Assembly (NCBI RefSeq): GCF_009914755.1 | Contig: NC_060939.1 | Source: the human T2T-CHM13v2.0 reference genome, Homo sapiens | DNA length: 64,000 nucleotides | Reading direction: 5' to 3' (one strand) | Shown: positions 56,681-64,000 of the stretch, piece after piece | How the letters are laid out: each line of letters opens with the position of its first letter | Numbering within the stretch: the first letter of the stretch is position 1 | Position numbers and translations under genes: made by a program | Notes under the pieces: model-generated | What the model was told of the DNA's origin: nothing | Seen by the model: the letters and a program-made list of their open reading frames with translations, nothing else | Database searches by the model: none

Positions 56681-59600
56681 CATACTTCACTAAATATTCC
56701 ATTGTCACCAAAGGAATTTATTCCTCTGAGCACAGTAGCCAGCACTGGTTCCACAAACCATGAGTTTGTTGGATGTCCAAGAGATATTCCTCTGATTCCA
56801 CTTGGGATTTTATCTGTCCATGACAAAATTCCAATTCTGAATGAACGCCATTCCTTGAAGACCAGAAGCATCACATGACTTTTGTACTGCAGATACTTAA
56901 AGGGAAAGCAATGAGATGAAGTGAGAAGTTATTTGCTTTTCTAAGCCTGATAGACCAGCCAGTGCTTTTATAGAAGGCTGCTCCTCCTCTATCTGTCTGC
57001 GACAATTTCCCAGGTGGAATAATGACAGAAGAGACTGAAAAAATATTCCCAGGGATCTGGAGGTGTAAAGAGGCCTACTAAAAGCCTTGATATTTCTTTA
57101 AAGTTTTATGTTTGATTTCCAGAATTATTGTGAATTTTGGTCTTCTTTTTAATACATGTGTTCACTGCAGATCACTGTGCATTCCTGGAGTGCTCACACC
57201 CCTGTGGAAGCATGGGTAGTATAATTTTTTTTTTTGTTTTTCAGAAGCAGGCAGTGTGAAAGACAGCAGATCTCACATCTACCATGCTCACTCTAAGGAC
57301 AAGTGAGAATTAAAAGACCAGCTGGACCTGTACATGCTGAACCTCTAAACGGAACTGAGATACACAGACCCTTCAATATGGTCAGCTTTTCCCCATGTTC
57401 TGGCGGAGAGAAATACCAAGGCCTTTGGAGATTGAATGGTCAATCTTGAACTAATCAAAGCCTAGCTGTTTAAAACAAGGGATCTAAACTTTCCCTAACT
57501 TGATTAACATTTCTCTCTATCCAAATATGAAAAATGGGCCCATTTATTATTTATGGTCTTCCCATCTGATATTTCACCTGCTGCCAACACAGCTAAGCCC
57601 AGCCAAGTTTCGTCCATGGCTGGCCTGCAGGCAGATGATCCCAGCAAAGCAGAATTACACCCAGGGAAGCAGATGGGTGACCTTTCTCTCGCCTGCTCTC
57701 CAGACTAGAGAACAGATAGCCAAACTCTTTGGGTGGCCCAGGCCCTTTGCTTCTATAAATTAAAATACATATTTTCTGACTGATGGTCTGTTTCTCAGAA
57801 ACATCGATCACACATTCATCAAATACCATCTTTCATGCATTATGGCAGAGCAGCCAGTTTTTCTATCTGAAATCCCTAACGTGATACCCGTTCCCTCCTA
57901 GCCGACCTTCCCTAAAAATAACTTAGTGTGAACTTTTTTCATTGCTTCTTTTTCCTCCTTCTTTGCAGCCATGTGTTTGAAATGTGTTTAAGATATTGTC
58001 ACATTTCACATTTTAAATATCATGAGGACAGGCCAATTCTATGATATTTTAAGTGCCCTCATTATGAAACATATGGCCAGAGGGGTGGAGACGGGGAGGT
58101 GGGGAAAGAAATATGGCAAATGTAATATTTTCCCAAGGGGGGGTGGGGAACATGACCTGCAAGATGCAAGAATCTATGTGTGCCACTACTGAAATACCAT
58201 CTGTTTCCATTCAAATTATCATCTTGAAATTATGACTTTTTTGCATATGCCATAATGTATAGGATTCAAGGGCCAAAACACATCATAGTGTTTGCAGTCA
58301 ACTGATCCAGTTGCTGTTAAAGCTGTGGCAATTCAAAAAAATTTAAAAACCAAGAAAAACAAAAAATGTTATACATGTTGTGTTCTCATTTATATTTTTT
58401 TAAAAAAATATAGATATTGTTATTATAGAAACAATGAAAGAGATAGTCATTGATGACATCATTGATTTATTTGTCAGTTAATTCATTTATTCTTTTGTTC
58501 ATTCAGCACTACTTAAGGCATCATATGAATTACACATACAGTGTATGGATATGGGGTGCAGAGATGAGAAGACAATGGTCAAACTGTTAAAATATAAACA
58601 ATAAGGCCGATTGTAGAAGTTAACACAGATGTCACAGAAATACCCAAATTTTTGAGGGGAAGGGGACTATGACATTGCTCAGTGATGGAAAAATCTTTTT
58701 AAAGCAGGCCACTTTTAAGCTGATTTAAAAATTAAGCAGGATTTAGCTATACAAAGTAGATGCTGATGTTCCCAGGCTTTGGAACAAGAACATGCAATAA
58801 TGTGGAAGTGCCAGTGAGCACCGGCTGCAAATAATTCATTATGACTGGAACATAAAGGGACAGAAACACAAGAGATGGAGGTAGAGGGGGTGGTTGGAGC
58901 CACTCCCAGAGAGCCTACCTCTATGGAAATCCGACAAGTACTTTGATAGATAACACCTGATTTCCTACGAGGATGAGACAATGGCCTTGATTGAAACAAT
59001 ATCTTGATGAACACTTGGTATAGAAACAGATTGCAAAAGCCTCTATGTAGGATGTGGCAAGAGTCACAGAGAAGCAGGCAAGCTACTTTAAGTAAGATGC
59101 AGAAAGTAAGTTCGTTTGTTACCCTGGAAGGGTGTAGAAGAGTAGAGGATAGAGAGGAAGAAGAGTAAGCAATCAGTCGGTGGTAGGATAGTGGACCTTG
59201 AGGGCAAAGAGCTAAGAGAGGAACTCCAAATGACAGAGAAAACAAAAAGGACTTTTGGAGAAAAAGACTCTAAAATTCTACTGTTTTGATTGCTTTGCCT
59301 GGGCAAATATTTCTCCCCATGCCCCCTACTCCTCTCTAAACTCTCTTTTCAGCTCCTTCAAAAAGTCTTCTGCAGTCTTGTGTATTTATATGGGAGGGTA
59401 GATCTTCTTTTGGGAAAATTAGTAAAGATATGGGTTTCTTGTTTGAAACAATATGGCTTACTGAAGGGATCACAAGCAAGCAAACAAGCAGTATTTAATT
59501 TAAGCTTTCCAGGAATTAAAATAGTAAAATAATGAGATGGATGGGCTTTGAACCTCAAAAGGATGTGTAAATGGGGTTTCAAGCCAATCTCACTAAACTT

Positions 59601-60740
59601 TTAGGCATAAGGAGGCATCCTAGTTGACATTTAGTTTCTGTCAGTAAAGATTTAACTGTGATAAACAAGATCAGTAATAAACACATGAAGATCTGGTGCT
59701 TTTACTAAAGGTTTTATGGTGGACTTGGGAAGAAGTTCATACATGTAAAAGAGTAGTGAGGAAACTGAATAGTCAGCACATTCATCCTTAGGAGGGCCAT
59801 CTGACCATTTCCTCTCTGACACCCTGAGAACCATTTGGAAAACACAAGAAAGCACTGACCCTTAGACTTTGGGCAATGATCTCTGCCAGCTAAAAATAAT
59901 CATTAGCAGATGAGGACTTTCCATCATTCTGGACTAGGTTTAGACAATCCCCTTTCTACCCATACATTTTTTTTCTATCTCACACTATACTCCAAGACAT
60001 CAGAGACTCCTGAGAATATGTGTCCCTTTGGATCCTCAATGCTCTGCCCTGTGTCCTCATGAGTTAGTCAAAATATCAGTTATCTTGTATTTGTATAATG
60101 TTTAAAAATACTTATTGAATTAATAAATGTATGAATGAATTTATATGGATTAATGAATAGATTTTCCAAAGAAACGTCCAAGCTACATTTATCAAGGGTA
60201 CATATGTTTTTAGAAGATTCAGAATTCTGAGTAAATTATATACTTCTGTTCTGCATGGATAGACTAGTAATATTTAGAACAAATTGAAGGTTATATGATG
60301 AAATAATATCATCAATAAAACTGACATCTAACAAACTCATCAAAATTTTTATTTACCCAGTGCTTGTTCTTAGCTATTTCACAATTCATTATTTCATCTG
60401 TACTACATCACTCAGAAATGGATAATATTCCCCTTTGCGATGAGGACATTGAAGACAACTGATGATAATCTCTGGGATTTAAGCTCAGACCCTTTGATTT
60501 TTTTCCCAGGACTGACTCCCTTTCCTTGGGTTGACAGTGAGGGTGTGAGAGTTCTGTAACCACTCGTCATTTATTTACTCTATGATGTAATCTTAGGCAA
60601 GTCATCCTTGAATGATACAGTCTCTGCCCTCTTTCCCATCTCTGCATCTCTCCTCTTAAAGATCTGGTAATACTTGACTTGCATTTCAGACTCAGCCTGG
60701 TTATGGGGACCAATATTTCCTGCATGCAGAAAAAGATGTT

Positions 60741-60765
60741 TGTTGTTGTTGTTGTTGTTGTTGTT
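60741..60765. repeat. (TGT)n trinucleotide repeat, about 8 units
   Basis: Read directly from the sequence. Confidence 0.9.
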
Positions 60766-60974
60766 TAACCCACTGAATTTAATACTTGAGAACTTCATTT
60801 GTTTATTCAACCATTTGTATACTCAGACACATTTTTAGAAGCCTGTTATTTGCCAAGAACTATTCTAGATTTAGGAGATAGAACAGTAGCCCAGACTAGA
60901 GTCCTGTGCTTACGACCCATTCTGGTGCCTGGTAACATGAGCATCTAAGCTCCCCAGGCTAGAGATAGTGAGAT

Positions 60975-61200
60975 ATAATGGGGACAACATGAACTTCAGA
61001 TGTGACTCCTAGGTTCAAATCCTGTTTCTACTCCCTATTATTAGATGGGATGAAAAACAAGTCACTTTATTTCTTTGAGTTCCCATCTATAAAATGGGGG
61101 TCCCAACCTCACAGAGCCTAGTAGGCAACAAGTAAAGTAGCATTGTTAGAGTGCACAGCCAATGGCCAATGTGAAATAGGCATGTACAGTAGCTGCTTAG
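60975..61200 (+). mobile_element. MIR
   Basis: cctaggttcaaatcctgtttctact...caagtcactttatttctttgag...ccatctataaaatgggg. Confidence 0.8.
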
Positions 61201-61329
61201 TCCTAGCACCTCTAGGCTGTGGAGACATCTCCTTTGTAATCCACCTGTTTTGTTTCGAGCGCCAGACTTTATATACCTTTTGCCTGGCTCAATAGCCAGT
61301 CCCACTCCCCCATTTTCTACACACTCTCT

Positions 61330-61925
61330 CTTGTCCCTATTTGATGTATTATCCATTCAGCATTTAGAGGTATATGTTGAAAACATGAGCCTGATCACGC
61401 CACCTTTTTGATTAGGACCCTTCAATAGTTTCCCATTTTCTTGGAATAAAATGTAAGCAAGTCCACATGGCCTGTGATTTGCCCTCCTGCCTGCTCCTAT
61501 TGCCTTGCCTCGGTCCTCCACACCTTTTGCTCAGCCCTTCTTGTCTTGTTGCTGTCCCTCAGAATGCCAAGTTCATTTCCACCTTAGGGTCTTTCCATGG
61601 CTTTGCCTTCTGCCAGGAATACCACTTCCCCCAGTGTTGGTGTTTAGCTTCATTCTTCAGCTATTTCATATTTATCAACTGACTCTTGGCAAAAACACCA
61701 CCTACTCACAGAGTTGTTTACTTACCACACAATAGAAAATACCCACACCCCTTAATCACTCACATTGTTTTTTACTATCTAAAATATTTATTCACTTATT
61801 TATTTTCCACATTCATACAAGAATGTAAATGACCCAGGAGTATCTGCTTGCTTGACTGCTGTGTCCCAGCATCTAGGACAGTGCCCAGGGCATAAGAGGT
61901 CTTCAGCAAATATTTTTGAATGACC
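61330..61925 (+). mobile_element. L2 3' region
   Basis: acccttcaatagtttcccattttcttggaataaaat; actgctgtgtcccagcatctaggacagtgcccagggcataagaggtcttcagcaaatatttttgaatga. Confidence 0.85.
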
Positions 61926-62199
61926 TTGTGAAGGAAGTTTCTCATTTTGAATAACTTGCCCTGGCTGGTGGACAAGACTACGCAGGCTTTCTTGAATTTA
62001 ACACACACTTATCTTTAACTCTCTTGAAAGAGACACCATTAAGTTAGTTAAAAGCAATAGGCAGCTATAACTGTCCCCAAAAACACCCATAAGAAGCAAG
62101 TGCACTCTCCTTATTAAAAGGGGCCCCTTTGGGCCTTGCTTGGGTAACTGTTTCATAAGGATGAGTGGGCGGATGGCCTGATTATAGAGGCCATTCTCT

Positions 62200-63660
62200 G
62201 TAAGCAAGTTTCCAAAAAAAAACACAAGATGTTCAGGCACAATTGCAGATTTGCTAATTACCGTCCACCTTCCTCCCTCTCCTCCTCCCCTCTCTCCTAG
62301 TCACCTACACCGAGGTGGTTGGGGGCTGTCATCCCATCGCCAAAAAATTGCTTCCTTTGCCTCCCCCTCGTTGCTCTTCATCTTTTCCCAACATAATTAC
62401 CATCTTGCTAATAAGTCAAATGAGTGGGTACAGCAAAGTGGGCAGCTCCACTTGGCTGCCTCACTGAGCCGCTGGCTTGGAGTGAATGGGAAATACCGTA
62501 ATAGAGCTGCAGCTGCCCCAGCACGCCAAGGGAGTCCTGCTAACAGGATTTCTCTTCCTTGGTTGTTGCTTGCAGGGATGCACAGAAAACCATCTGGAGG
62601 AAGGAGGAGTTATGGCCCCATCTCGGTTCCCAAGCTGTGCTTCTTTTGCCAAAGCTGTACCTTCCCGAACACCACAGAAAAGTCACAGCCTAATCCTTCT
62701 AGTCCGAAAAAGGACTCGGCTTACCCGGTGCTGACTCCCGCCCACCCCACCCAAGCCTATTCCTTTCTGACATATTTTCGTGTGAGTGTGGTCTTTCCCA
62801 TAGGTCTATGCTGCCCTGCAATCCAGACTCTCAGTTGCGTTTATCAGCCGGTAACTCCTGCCCTGCCAATCACATTCTAGGCTGGAAGAAGGATTCTGGG
62901 TCAGGAAGGCAGTAGCGTATTTAGACTCGCCAGAGTGGAGAGCCAAGCAGCAAGGCGACTCTGGAGGACTACACGACTTTGAGCAACCTGTAAGTCGTCA
63001 CTAATTTATGTGCTTTTGTAACACATTACCATGGGCATCTCAGGAACAGTATAAGGAGTGCCAAGTGCTTAAAATGCAACAGTGGGGCTATGTTGCAGAG
63101 ATTCGTAATTTCATTTTAAACTCAATGGAGCCCGGACGATGGGAAAGAATAGGGTGGAGCCAGAGTGGAGAGGGCGTGGCCTTGCGCCCGCCTGACATAG
63201 CAAGACTGCAGAGGAAATCGCCGTGGCAGGAAAGCGCCTCGCCTGGACACCAGCTCCGCATTAATCACCAAAGCACACTTTCTATCCTTCTGTCTGCTTT
63301 TTCTTCTCCCGCACAGTTGAGCTCTGCACAGCTCTTCGAAAGGGGTAGGAACAAGGCAAACCTCGTCTCATCCCACGAATGACTCCCTGGTGCACTTTTA
63401 ATTATTAATCTGAGCCAGGTTATTCATCATTAGGAAGGCAGCAAGCGGTACGGCTCTCACAGGCGCCATCTTTTATCACACAAATCCCAGAATACTAAAA
63501 GAGCCGATGAAGAATTATTGGAGACCCCGAAGATGCCTTTCCCTTGCCGGCTTTCTGCCCTGGGACCAGCGGGGGCTGTGCTCACGCTCTCCCTAGCTCT
63601 AGCATGCGACAGAAAAAGAGGACGTGGGATGCTTTGAACACAGTGAAGCCCCACTGATTT
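62200..63660. promoter_or_regulatory. Repeat-free, CpG-enriched candidate promoter/enhancer
   Basis: About 24 CpGs in 63121-63630 (hand count) against a strongly CpG-depleted background; GGGCGTGGC Sp/KLF site at 63172-63180; YY1 core CGCCATCTT at 63464-63472; several TAAT motifs. Confidence 0.55.
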
Positions 63661-64000
63661 GAAATGAAGGGGTGAAGGTCAGTGTAGATGTGTGGAAAGC
63701 TCAAATTCAGAATATTCTTAAAGAAATCTACGCTTATCTCTTTCAAGTATATAGAATAACATATAATTATAGTTAATTAAGTGTTACCAAAAAGGAACCC
63801 TAAGGGGCAATTGGATTGAACATCGTTTTTTAGAAGCTTCTTGTTACATCAATGGCTGGTAAAAATTTGGCTTCAGGAGGGCTTTTGAAAACAATTCTCT
63901 TACATAATTTTTAATTCATTCTTTTAGTCATTCAGGCTTGAAATCATAGCGATCTTTGATTTTCCCATTTTCATGATTCCCCCCCCCAATTTTTCTTTTG

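Noticed and set aside
58015-58052. Short inverted repeat aaatatcat...atgatattt
   Set aside because: A 9-bp AT-rich stem is expected by chance
58715-59245. 176-aa minus-strand ORF
   Set aside because: Non-ATG start, overlaps L2-like sequence, and is the Leu/Ser-rich reading of a purine-rich strand
62251-62880. Longest ORF in the track (209 aa)
   Set aside because: It starts at TTG, has no recognisable domain and a Ser/Pro-rich composition; an ORF of this length is expected in GC-richer DNA

Overview
This is primate genomic DNA, most likely human-type: it carries AluJ/AluS, L1PA8-16, L1PB, L1MA/MC/ME, L2, MIR, MaLR/ERVL/ERV1 LTRs and MER5/Tigger elements. The window is AT-rich, dominated by transposon fossils, and intergenic or deep-intronic. 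I find no supportable protein-coding gene, RNA gene or CRISPR array; the supplied ORFs are Alu/L1 translations or chance ORFs. About 40.0-55.15 kb is one old L1MC/MD-type element that hosts a near-full-length L1MA4-type element (itself containing an AluJ) and a MER50B solo LTR. The most unusual feature is a ~310-bp inverted duplication (53190-53498 / 53840-54149, ~93.5% identical) that copies the L1/LTR junction back into the LTR between 9-bp direct repeats. A 42-bp inverted insertion of similar design lies at 47549-47660. The last ~2 kb is repeat-free and CpG-enriched, with YY1 and Sp/KLF motifs and strong splice signals on both strands, so it is a candidate promoter/enhancer or lncRNA 5' region. 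I cannot name the locus. Subfamily names come from my recall of consensus sequences and need RepeatMasker/Dfam confirmation, and boundaries of old elements are approximate. I see no evidence for a new gene system.
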